DNA from: a virus
Taxonomy: Duplodnaviria; Caudoviricetes
IMG/VR virus record: IMGVR_UViG_3300005573_000075
Coordinates: 1-64,000 of that record
Direction: 5' to 3' (one strand)
Length of the DNA stretch: 64,000 bases
Shown: piece by piece, positions 35,735 through 44,474 of the stretch
How positions within the stretch are numbered: the first letter of the stretch is position 1
Layout of the letters: each line of letters starts with the position of its first letter
Translations under genes and position numbers: made by a program
The notes under the pieces: model-generated
Seen by the model: only the letters and a program-made list of their open reading frames with translations
Databases searched by the model: none
Told to the model about the DNA's origin: nothing

Positions 35735-37031
35735 TGCAGAAAAAATAATAGCTATTGATTTTGATAATGTTATTGCCAAAGAGGAAGAAAATGGTAAAAT
35801 AGGCGAAGAAATTCCTTATGCCTGTGAAACTATTAAAAAATTAACTGAAGAAGGGTGGAAAATATATATTCATTCACACCGCGCTGCAGATCCTAAAGAA
35901 AAAATGAATATGGAAGTTTGGTTAAATTCAAGGGGATTAAATATTCCTATTATGGAGAAACCATTTGCCAGATTTTATATTGATGATAGAGCTATAGAGT
36001 TTAATGATTGGAATAAAGTATATGATAGATTAAAAAATGATATTCCTGTATCTGTAATAAAAACTCCGATAACTACTATTTTACCTGGCATTGAAGAGCA
36101 TATTAAAATGTTGGATACTCCATATTTAAATGAATCAGATTATATAGCAATAATTAATAGATTAAAAAATTTATATGGGATAAATGTAACTTATGAGGAA
36201 TTTGAAAAATATAATTCCCAATATCTTTGGGATTCAAAGATATTGAGATTAGCTAATAAATTATCAGCTAATTATATTCAAGAAGGGGATAGCGTTTTAA
36301 TATTGCATGGTAAATATTTAGGGGAATTAGGCACAGTGTATAGCATAAAAGATAGCGAAGCAGAGATTATATGCGATAGCAATAATAAATTTTTGAGATT
36401 TGAAGATTATATGAATAAGCTTAAATATTTCCCATATATATTTAAAAAAGCCTGCAAAGGCCCTTCTAAACTAGTTAATAAATATTATCCGAATGGATTA
36501 TCTATAGAAAAGATATCTAAATATTATAAAGATAATTTTCCCATGATATATTCTTATTTTGAAGATCCTAAAATTATCGGAGTTTTTGATGTGTATGGTT
36601 CTTTATATCGTATGGCAATAGAAGATATTAATGATATAAATATGGATAGATTAAGAGGGGTATACAATATAATACCAAATAATAGATGCTATCAACCATT
36701 GAGAATTAGGAGGGGGCCTAGATTTTTTGGAGAGTTTAAAAATTCATTAGCAGATTTGATATGCGCATTATCTCCATATGTAATAGATTTTAAGTTAAGT
36801 ATAGAGGGGGATAAAGGGGTTATATTATATTTACTATTTGATAAACAAGTTAATGAAGAACTATTATCGAATTTAAAAGAAGTATTGAAAGATTTTAAAC
36901 ATATGGATATAGACGATAATATTAAAGTGGTTCCAGCTATAGATTCGATAGATGTTAATACGGGATTAATTAATAAAAAAGTGTCACTGGAAGACTATAA
37001 TTACCCTATTGCGACAATTGAAGGGGAATAA
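35727..37031 (+). CDS. HAD-family phosphatase plus KOW/SH3-like motif plus degenerate LigD-Pol-like domain (start revised to 35727)
   Basis: IIAIDFDNVI, IHSHR, KPFARFYIDDRA (HAD motifs); C-terminus aligns by eye with the Pol domain of 27382..29946. Confidence 0.78.
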   Translation: MNDAEKIIAIDFDNVIAKEEENGKIGEEIPYACETIKKLTEEGWKIYIHSHRAADPKEKMNMEVWLNSRGLNIPIMEKPFARFYIDDRAIEFNDWNKVYDRLKNDIPVSVIKTPITTILPGIEEHIKMLDTPYLNESDYIAIINRLKNLYGINVTYEEFEKYNSQYLWDSKILRLANKLSANYIQEGDSVLILHGKYLGELGTVYSIKDSEAEIICDSNNKFLRFEDYMNKLKYFPYIFKKACKGPSKLVNKYYPNGLSIEKISKYYKDNFPMIYSYFEDPKIIGVFDVYGSLYRMAIEDINDINMDRLRGVYNIIPNNRCYQPLRIRRGPRFFGEFKNSLADLICALSPYVIDFKLSIEGDKGVILYLLFDKQVNEELLSNLKEVLKDFKHMDIDDNIKVVPAIDSIDVNTGLINKKVSLEDYNYPIATIEGE

Positions 37032-37456
37032 TGGAATTAGAGGAATATAAAGAAAAACGAGATTGGACCAAAACTCCTGAACCAAAGGGAGATGGATCTA
37101 AAGTCTCTAAATTAGTTATCCAGCAACATGAAGCCAAAAGGGCGGGGAACCATTACGATTGGAGAATCCCGTATAAAGGGGTATTAAAGTCTTTTGTAAC
37201 TAAAAAATTACCTAAAAAGGGAGAAAAGATATTAGCAATTCCTACAGAGGATCATCCATTAGCTTATGCCTCCTTCGAGGGGGAAATACCTGAGGGTACA
37301 TATGGAGCGGGGAAAGTGACTAAAAAAGGAGAGTATTCTTTTAAACTTAATGAATTCTCCTCCTCCAAAATTTCATTTGAAATTTTGGAGGAGGATATGG
37401 AAGGAAAATATACTTTAATAAAATTTAAAAATGGATTTTTAATGCACAGGGGTTAA
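37031..37456 (+). CDS. LigD-type 3'-phosphoesterase, stand-alone
   Basis: LEEYKEKRDWTKTPEP, VIQQHEAKRAGNHYDWRI, LAIPTEDHPLAYASFEGEIPEGTYGAGKV. Confidence 0.95.
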   Translation: MELEEYKEKRDWTKTPEPKGDGSKVSKLVIQQHEAKRAGNHYDWRIPYKGVLKSFVTKKLPKKGEKILAIPTEDHPLAYASFEGEIPEGTYGAGKVTKKGEYSFKLNEFSSSKISFEILEEDMEGKYTLIKFKNGFLMHRG

Positions 37457-37462
37457 AAAAAC

Positions 37463-38854
37463 ATGGCAGAATTTGATGCATATATAGAGACTGTAGTTAA
37501 AAGTGCGTATCCTGGTACCGGAAAAGAAGATGTCATTGCAAGAATAACGTACGATACTTTTTTAAAATATACTTATTTGGTTAGCCAGCATTATTTTGAT
37601 ATAGACATTATGAAGTTATCCACCAGTTTCCCAAAAATTACACCGCAAGAATCTACAGTATTGCAAGAGAATATTAATAATCGAATAAAAGAAGACCTGG
37701 TAGAGCCTACGGTAAAAGAAATTATCTCGGAAGATTTTAGTAAAAAGATGATAGAGAAAAAGAAAGATTATTATGATAAAGCAAAAGAATTGATAGTATA
37801 TGACTGGATTGCTGAAGGGGTTAAACAAATAGGGAAGAAGAAAGAAAATAATTTAGAAGGATATAAAAATACTTTAAAAGAAGATATTTCACATAGAATA
37901 AGTAGATTAATCCCTAATAAAGTTCCAAATATTAGAAGTATTTTAAATAAGATATATTCTACTATAATGTTGACATATTATCATGATGAGATTCAAAATA
38001 CCATAATAGAAATAATTCAAAATTCCAGAGAAATATTGCAACCTTTAATTAAAACTTTAGAGGATTATAAGGATGAAACTTTTAGAGGGTTAAATTTTTC
38101 CGATCCTAATAGTGTAAAAAGTTATTTTATAGATAAGCAACCGATAGTTGTAAATATGTTAAAGAATAATATTCAAGATACTGATATACTTGTAGCTAAA
38201 AATGCGCAAGAGGCATATAGCATACATCAATTAATAGCTTTGTATATATACGGTAATTTAAAATCAAAAATAGGGGATCCTACATTTATAAAAAGATTAC
38301 CGGTAGTGAAAAGATCATTAGAATATTATGAAAGTCTTTTCACTACAACAGCGGGATTAGCTAGTATGTATACCGCTATTTCTGTTTTATACGCCCCAGG
38401 AACTACAAGGGATAGAACTAAGGAACAGATAGTGGAGAATAAAAAGGAAGAATTTGCTAGATTAGAGCAAGTTTTTGTGGATAAAACACAACAAAAAGAA
38501 GTAGCAAGACTAATGTCTATCCCAATAAAGGAAGATGCCCCTGAAAAGTTAGGTAGAGTTAGGGCATTATTTATTACTTGGATTTCAGATTTAATGTATG
38601 AAACACGAGAAAATTTTTATGCTGCAAAAACGCCAGAAGAAGCTAAAAATGTATTAGAAGATTTTAAAAATAAAGTAGAGAAATATAAAACTGATTATAA
38701 AGTTATACAAGGATTAGAACAAAAAGAATTAGAAGCTATATATACCCCACCTGCAGGTCCTACTTATTTAGGTAAACCTAAGCATAGAGGGATAAATATA
38801 TTGGAAGAGTACGAAAAAAACATTTCTAAATTACTATTGGAGGCGGAATTATGA
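37463..38854 (+). CDS. hypothetical alpha-helical protein (463 aa)
   Basis: Long ORF directly after the phosphoesterase. Confidence 0.7.
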   Translation: MAEFDAYIETVVKSAYPGTGKEDVIARITYDTFLKYTYLVSQHYFDIDIMKLSTSFPKITPQESTVLQENINNRIKEDLVEPTVKEIISEDFSKKMIEKKKDYYDKAKELIVYDWIAEGVKQIGKKKENNLEGYKNTLKEDISHRISRLIPNKVPNIRSILNKIYSTIMLTYYHDEIQNTIIEIIQNSREILQPLIKTLEDYKDETFRGLNFSDPNSVKSYFIDKQPIVVNMLKNNIQDTDILVAKNAQEAYSIHQLIALYIYGNLKSKIGDPTFIKRLPVVKRSLEYYESLFTTTAGLASMYTAISVLYAPGTTRDRTKEQIVENKKEEFARLEQVFVDKTQQKEVARLMSIPIKEDAPEKLGRVRALFITWISDLMYETRENFYAAKTPEEAKNVLEDFKNKVEKYKTDYKVIQGLEQKELEAIYTPPAGPTYLGKPKHRGINILEEYEKNISKLLLEAEL

Positions 38855-39588
38855 TAAATTTTAAAGTTGGGCAAGTGGTATCGATACCTAACGATAACCG
38901 AGCAATGATTATTATAGGTTGGAATGATAATAAAGCGGATGAGTTATATATGATCCCTTTAAATGATGTCAATACCCACGAAATGACTAATGTCATTTCG
39001 GCAGGTATAAATGACATAACGCCTATAATGACAACTGATATAAATGAAGAGGACATTATAGACGTTGAAAATATTCCTGCGAAGGTTGTAAATGCGACTA
39101 ATAAAGAATTAGGGTATATAGATGTTAAATATTATCATAACCCGGTAATATACACTTTAAAAATAGCTTCTTTAAATTTATCAAAAAAAGAAGTTACTAA
39201 AGATATTGAATTATGCAAACATTGCGGTTTTGTAGTTTTTAAAGATAGCAATACCAAATGCCCGTATGAGAATATTTCTGAGTATAAACAAGAGCTTCCT
39301 AAAGAAAGGATAGAAGCTACCTCAGTATTAAAAAAGATTTTGAATGGCATGGACATAAAAGATTATATTCCTAAAAAAGAAGCTAAAAAAGAGGAGTATG
39401 ACCCCTATGTTATAGATTATTCCGAGGAATTAGAGATAGGCACAAAAGTAAGAAAATTTAGTTCTTTGAAAGAGGGAATTATAATTAGCAGAGTTAATAA
39501 TCAATATGTTGTAGATTGGGAAGGAATTCAGGAATCTTGTTGGGGTCAGGAATTGCTTCCAATAGTGGAGTATAAAAATCCAAATTAA
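38851..39588 (+). CDS. hypothetical protein with SH3/KOW-like segments and CxxC
   Basis: FKVGQVVSI.., LEIGTKVRK..EGIII..YVVDW, CKHCG. Confidence 0.6.
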   Translation: MINFKVGQVVSIPNDNRAMIIIGWNDNKADELYMIPLNDVNTHEMTNVISAGINDITPIMTTDINEEDIIDVENIPAKVVNATNKELGYIDVKYYHNPVIYTLKIASLNLSKKEVTKDIELCKHCGFVVFKDSNTKCPYENISEYKQELPKERIEATSVLKKILNGMDIKDYIPKKEAKKEEYDPYVIDYSEELEIGTKVRKFSSLKEGIIISRVNNQYVVDWEGIQESCWGQELLPIVEYKNPN

Positions 39589-39589
39589 A

Positions 39590-40630
39590 ATGGGATACAC
39601 GATACGACCAAATCCGTATGGGCAACCTCTAAACGCAGACGAGGAATTCAAATATATCCGTTCTTTGTTTCCTACTGCGGAGTGGGTACCTTCTTTGGTC
39701 AAAATAGAAGTGGTACCAGGAAAAATTAATACTTTTTTAATTTCTTGGAATTCTGTGCCTTCTGCGGTCTCTTACAAAATTCATGTTGGATTCTGCCCTA
39801 TTTTATCTCAGGCAGTAGATCACATTGAAATCACAACTACATCAGTGGAGTATACCCGAGCTGCAGTATTGCCAAATGATGCTTTCCCATATGTTTGGGT
39901 AGAATGGGTAGATTCTAATGGCAGTTCTAGTTTGATAAATCAAGATCCTGCTTCATTAGATACCGCGTATAATACTTTCGATGTAAATTATAGCCCTTTG
40001 GAACAGGGATATGCTAATTTAACTATAGATAACAATTATATACGATTTATTCTTCAGGAGATTAGAAGAAGAGAAGTAACTATGCTCCAAAACGATGGTG
40101 AACCTTTCATATTGTATACTCACCGTTGGGAAGGGAAGAAGTGTAAATGTATCCAAGATTATAGCAAAACCTCTTTAGATGGCGATGATTACTATGGTTT
40201 TAATACAGAAGATCCTGATAAAGGGGTTAAAATAACCCCAGTGGATACTAATGCTAATCCAACGTACGAGGGGTATTCACAATGCAATCTATGTTTTGGA
40301 ACTGGAATAGCAGGTGGATATTATCATGGGATCCCTTTAATCGCTAGATATGGCAATTTACCGACTAGAGTTAGATTGTTTGGGGCGGTAGGTATAGAAT
40401 TCCAAACTTCATTCAATACTTGGACCCTATGGAGTCCAAGATGGCATGAACATGATGTTTTGTATAGACCAGCAACAGGGGAATATTTTGAGGTAACAGA
40501 CCCAAAATATGGGACTTGGCGCGCAGTACCATTGCATCAAGAAGCTACGTCTAAAGCTATTCCAAGAAAAGATGTAAGATATTTGCTGACAGATAGTAAT
40601 ATTGATATAGGGGTTTCAGCTAATGGTTAA
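39590..40630 (+). CDS. neck / head-closure protein with an N-terminal Fn3-like segment
   Basis: ISWNSVPSAVSYKIHV; CKC..CNLCFGTGIAGGY; NTWTLWSP..HDVL..EYFEV; upstream of the sheath. Confidence 0.6.
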   Translation: MGYTIRPNPYGQPLNADEEFKYIRSLFPTAEWVPSLVKIEVVPGKINTFLISWNSVPSAVSYKIHVGFCPILSQAVDHIEITTTSVEYTRAAVLPNDAFPYVWVEWVDSNGSSSLINQDPASLDTAYNTFDVNYSPLEQGYANLTIDNNYIRFILQEIRRREVTMLQNDGEPFILYTHRWEGKKCKCIQDYSKTSLDGDDYYGFNTEDPDKGVKITPVDTNANPTYEGYSQCNLCFGTGIAGGYYHGIPLIARYGNLPTRVRLFGAVGIEFQTSFNTWTLWSPRWHEHDVLYRPATGEYFEVTDPKYGTWRAVPLHQEATSKAIPRKDVRYLLTDSNIDIGVSANG

Positions 40631-41216
40631 TAAGTATATCATTCATGGTTCAAATTATATTAAAAAGGTAACCGTCGCTGCATTGCGTCAAATATACGCA
40701 ATGCAGGAAGAGTTCCCTATATACAAATACAACGACGATACTTCTGCGACTAACATATTGATATATGGCTACTATCCCCCAACAGCCATGGCGTTACCGT
40801 TGCTGGTGGTGAGGAGTCAGAGTTCTACATATCATAGAGCAATTAGTGATATTCAGGGTGGATTTGACGAGAAAATAGATATAGTAGATGGTGAGGCGGT
40901 TACAAAAAAGTATGCGTTTGGGTTCATTGAAAGTACATTATACATAGATATTAATACTTTCACTGATGAGGATCGTAATGCTTTAACTGATTTAACTGCT
41001 TTTTATATTAGATACATATTCCCAGATGTTTTATTTAAATATGGAATAGGATTTAATAGTGCAAGCATTACCGGTGAAACTGAAAAAGATTGGTCCGGTA
41101 AGAGAATTTTTGCTAATAGTGTACAAATGAAGGTGTACACAGAAGTTCAATACAATAGAATAGATCCGTTAATTTATATCGAAAAATTGAATTTGACATT
41201 GCAAAGTTATATTTAA
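40623..41216 (+). CDS. tail completion / terminator protein candidate
   Basis: Size and position immediately before the sheath. Confidence 0.55.
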   Translation: MVNKYIIHGSNYIKKVTVAALRQIYAMQEEFPIYKYNDDTSATNILIYGYYPPTAMALPLLVVRSQSSTYHRAISDIQGGFDEKIDIVDGEAVTKKYAFGFIESTLYIDINTFTDEDRNALTDLTAFYIRYIFPDVLFKYGIGFNSASITGETEKDWSGKRIFANSVQMKVYTEVQYNRIDPLIYIEKLNLTLQSYI

Positions 41217-41228
41217 AGGAGGAAAAAG

Positions 41229-42440
41229 ATGGCAACATTCACAGGAGGTTTTGTAAAACCAGGAGTTTATGTAAAGGAGATATTTGAAAGTCAGGCTACG
41301 GGATTGCCCGGATACTTTATGCCAATAGTGATAGGGCATACTGAAAAAACAGGAGAAGGGATATACCAAGTAAAACAATTAAGCGCGATAGATGCAAATA
41401 ATAATGCTGCCGCTATATATGGTACTTATTCTGTAGAAAGTGGAGATGTAGTAAATGGTTCTAAAATTAAAAATAGTATTTCACTAGCAGAATCTATATT
41501 AAAATCTAATGGTATTACTGAATATTATGCATTAGCGCTTAATCCTACTGATGAAGTTACAAATCAGCCGTTAGATTTAACTACAGAATCAGGATTAAAA
41601 ACTTCATTTGAACAAGCATTAAATAAATTATTGCTTTTTGGGGATGCTTCACCTTTATATTGTATAATCCCATTATTTCCCATGAGTAAAACATTTAATA
41701 AACTAAGTTTAGATGCATTAATGGGACATATAGAATTTACTAGGAGTATAGAAGAGCAGAAGCCTAGAATAGCTATAATTGGGAATAAAACAGGCTCAGA
41801 TACCGGTGCCAATGCTTATCAGCAATATATAGATACAGCTACATATATAAAGAGTCCCTTTATAGCATATGTATCCCCTTCAACAGCAACTTATGCTATA
41901 GGTTCCAATATGGAAAATATTGGGGGTGAATTTATAGCATCCGCAGTGGGGGCTAATGCTTGTAATCCTACAGAAGACCCTGCTATGCCTATTTCAGGAA
42001 AAACTGTAAGAGGATTTAATACTATAGTAGACCCCTTCCCACTTTCTACCAAAAAAACTATGGCAGAAAGTGGTGTGCTGATAGTGGATGCATCGGATAA
42101 TAATAGAATCTTAATGGACCTTACTACTGATCAATCACAGATCGTTATCTCACAAATAAAATTTATAAAAGTAGCTGATTATGTGGGGAAAGTATTAAGG
42201 ACTTCATTAAAATCGTTGTATATAAATACCAAGTATTTAGGAGCGGTTACATTAAATGCAATTACTGTATCATTGAGAACTTTACTCCAAACTATGGCAA
42301 GTAATCAGATTATATTAGATTATACCATAGTTAGTGTTGCTCCTGATCCGGCGGATATAAGACAAATAAATATAGTAATAGGTATTAGGCCGGTACCTGA
42401 TGTAACTTGGATTTACGTTCAACTTAATGTATCTTTGTAA
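41229..42440 (+). CDS. contractile tail sheath protein
   Basis: MATFTGGFVKPGVYVKE N-terminus, PAMPISGKTVRGF, IKVADYV, C-terminal PDPADIRQINIVIGIRPV. Confidence 0.9.
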   Translation: MATFTGGFVKPGVYVKEIFESQATGLPGYFMPIVIGHTEKTGEGIYQVKQLSAIDANNNAAAIYGTYSVESGDVVNGSKIKNSISLAESILKSNGITEYYALALNPTDEVTNQPLDLTTESGLKTSFEQALNKLLLFGDASPLYCIIPLFPMSKTFNKLSLDALMGHIEFTRSIEEQKPRIAIIGNKTGSDTGANAYQQYIDTATYIKSPFIAYVSPSTATYAIGSNMENIGGEFIASAVGANACNPTEDPAMPISGKTVRGFNTIVDPFPLSTKKTMAESGVLIVDASDNNRILMDLTTDQSQIVISQIKFIKVADYVGKVLRTSLKSLYINTKYLGAVTLNAITVSLRTLLQTMASNQIILDYTIVSVAPDPADIRQINIVIGIRPVPDVTWIYVQLNVSL

Positions 42441-42452
42441 TAGGAGGATAAA

Positions 42453-43082
42453 ATGGCTTTTATGATACCACGAACATTAGCAAGGTTAAGACCTTATTTT
42501 TCATTAGAAATAGGAAGTTATAGCCCTAAGTATGACTTTACTACTCCTGAACCTGTAATCCCGGATAGTTCAACAGGAGATTCTGTAACCTACAACCCAG
42601 TGGGAACAGTGCAAGAAGTAGATATAACAGAATCAAGAGAAACCCAATTATGGAGAGCAGCCGCTGGAGATCCTACAACTAATCTTAGTTGGGTAGGAGT
42701 AGAGAATGTGCCAGGAATACCGTCATATTCTTTAAAAATGTCTAAAATATTATTGTATGCAAAAAAAATAAGTGATACATTTTATCCTGATAGCTTTTCT
42801 CTTGAAGCTCAATTAGAAGCAGGATATAACAATGGGTTTGATATACTTGCACAGTATAAACCTATAGCTATTAAACTTAATGCATATGCTCCTACTTCAG
42901 GAGACAGTACCATTACTTTACCTTCTATGTCCATGTATTTTTACAATTGTTGGTTTAAAAATTTTCCGTTGAGATTTTCTGTAGCTGCAGAAGGTAGGGA
43001 TATGTTAATGATACAGGAAATAGAGTGTAGTGTGGCTTTGGTTAAGGTAGAAGGTACTGGGAGCATAAAAACAAAAAAGTAG
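42453..43082 (+). CDS. tail tube protein 1
   Basis: After the sheath; VGTVQEVDITESR, YFYNCWF. Confidence 0.75.
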   Translation: MAFMIPRTLARLRPYFSLEIGSYSPKYDFTTPEPVIPDSSTGDSVTYNPVGTVQEVDITESRETQLWRAAAGDPTTNLSWVGVENVPGIPSYSLKMSKILLYAKKISDTFYPDSFSLEAQLEAGYNNGFDILAQYKPIAIKLNAYAPTSGDSTITLPSMSMYFYNCWFKNFPLRFSVAAEGRDMLMIQEIECSVALVKVEGTGSIKTKK

Positions 43083-43133
43083 ATTTGTAATATATTTTAA
43101 TTTTGTTCATTTTGCTTTGCAAAGTAAGTTAAG

Positions 43134-43808
43134 GTGGCACAGATGGCTAAAGTAAAACTACCCCGGACGCTAGCAAGGATTCCGCAATCTTGCGTAATCC
43201 TTGCGTCGTCGTTGGGGAATGTTGATTTTAGAAGTTTACTTATAGATAAGCTACAAAATGCATTTATACCATCTACAGCTGCAAAAGATATAGCAACAAT
43301 ATTGTTAGCTAATATTGAATTATCTTACTTAGGGTTTTTACAGGATTTCAGTATTATCCAAACCAGAACGGTCAAATCTGTATATAAATTAGGGGAATAT
43401 GAACCTAGTGTTAATATCCCTCAAAATGTAACATATACAGGGAAGGCTAAAAGAGTATGGGTATACGAACCTAATACACGACCGTCACCTAAAACAGCGG
43501 CCACTTTCGAGCAAAACTTGGGTTTTGCTCCGGGGATTAAGAATCAATTAGCTCCTTTTATAATTGTGCAAAGATTGTATAGTCCCCCAGTTAAGCCCAC
43601 TACAGATGATTGGGATTGGGATGTAGAGAATATGCTAATATATCTTGATTGTTGGTTTACTAAAATTGATTGGAAATGGGATTATACCGGAAGTGATAAA
43701 TTTTACACTACTGAAGATGTTGACTTCACAATAGGAAAAATGCTAACATTAAATAGTTTCCCTAAGGGAGGGGGACGACTTAATGTACATAAAATAACGG
43801 AGAAATGA
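43134..43808 (+). CDS. tail tube protein 2 (paralogue)
   Basis: Shares PRTLAR, LGFLQDFSIIQTR and IYLDCWF with tube 1. Confidence 0.7.
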   Translation: MAQMAKVKLPRTLARIPQSCVILASSLGNVDFRSLLIDKLQNAFIPSTAAKDIATILLANIELSYLGFLQDFSIIQTRTVKSVYKLGEYEPSVNIPQNVTYTGKAKRVWVYEPNTRPSPKTAATFEQNLGFAPGIKNQLAPFIIVQRLYSPPVKPTTDDWDWDVENMLIYLDCWFTKIDWKWDYTGSDKFYTTEDVDFTIGKMLTLNSFPKGGGRLNVHKITEK

Positions 43809-44230
43809 AAATGACAAACACAAACATAAAAATAGGAGTACCTCCACAGACTGAAACAGCTAATGAAGCTGATATAATAAAACTGATCTGTGAAGGGGTA
43901 GCGGAAAAAGAAGTAGTAATAAATAATGTTAAATATGATATTTCTTTGCTTACTGCGGAAGAATCTTCTGATTTTGCTAAAGAAACCGGTCATTCATTAG
44001 CGGAAATATCAACAGATATGAAATTGATTGATATAATAAAATTGCCTTTAATTAAAAGGGTAGTAAAAAAAATATCCACTCAGAAAGGAATAATAACAGA
44101 TAAAGAAAAAATAGGAAATATTTTGTCAAAAATACCTGTAGCTGTATTGGATAAATTGTTCATGGAATATATGCAATTAACTGCTAATGTTATGAATATG
44201 TTTGCCACTGATGAAAAAAAAACTCAATAA
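43805..44230 (+). CDS. tail assembly chaperone (G-like)
   Basis: Before the tape measure; ends at an A9 slippery site. Confidence 0.8.
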   Translation: MKMTNTNIKIGVPPQTETANEADIIKLICEGVAEKEVVINNVKYDISLLTAEESSDFAKETGHSLAEISTDMKLIDIIKLPLIKRVVKKISTQKGIITDKEKIGNILSKIPVAVLDKLFMEYMQLTANVMNMFATDEKKTQ

Positions 44231-44472
44231 TTAGCGAATATTTTCCTATTTCCAAAATATATTGGGCGATTTGTAGTTATTTTAAAATATTGCCCAATGA
44301 TCCTTTGTTTCGTAATCTTACTGCTGTGCAAATGTATTGGATAATATCAAATATAATTCAAGAGAATGAGGAGCATAATAAAGCTTTAAATTCTATTAAA
44401 TCAAGTAATAGTAAGACTTTTTCTAGTAGAGATGGTTCATTAGAAGAGTTCTTGAATGTATTCAAGAGGTAA
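44215..44472 (+). CDS. tail assembly chaperone -1 frameshift extension (GT-like)
   Basis: The -1 frame after A AAA AAA (44215-44221) is open to 44472: NSIISEYFPISKIYWAICSYFKILPNDPLF..QMYWI. Confidence 0.8.
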   Translation, partial: KKNSIISEYFPISKIYWAICSYFKILPNDPLFRNLTAVQMYWIISNIIQENEEHNKALNSIKSSNSKTFSSRDGSLEEFLNVFKR

Positions 44473-44474
44473 AA

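Noticed and set aside
23561-38854. Ku homologue next to the LigD modules
   Set aside because: No neighbour shows the Ku N-terminal W-x-G-x-I-x-FGLV-x-IPV pattern; absence holds only for this window.
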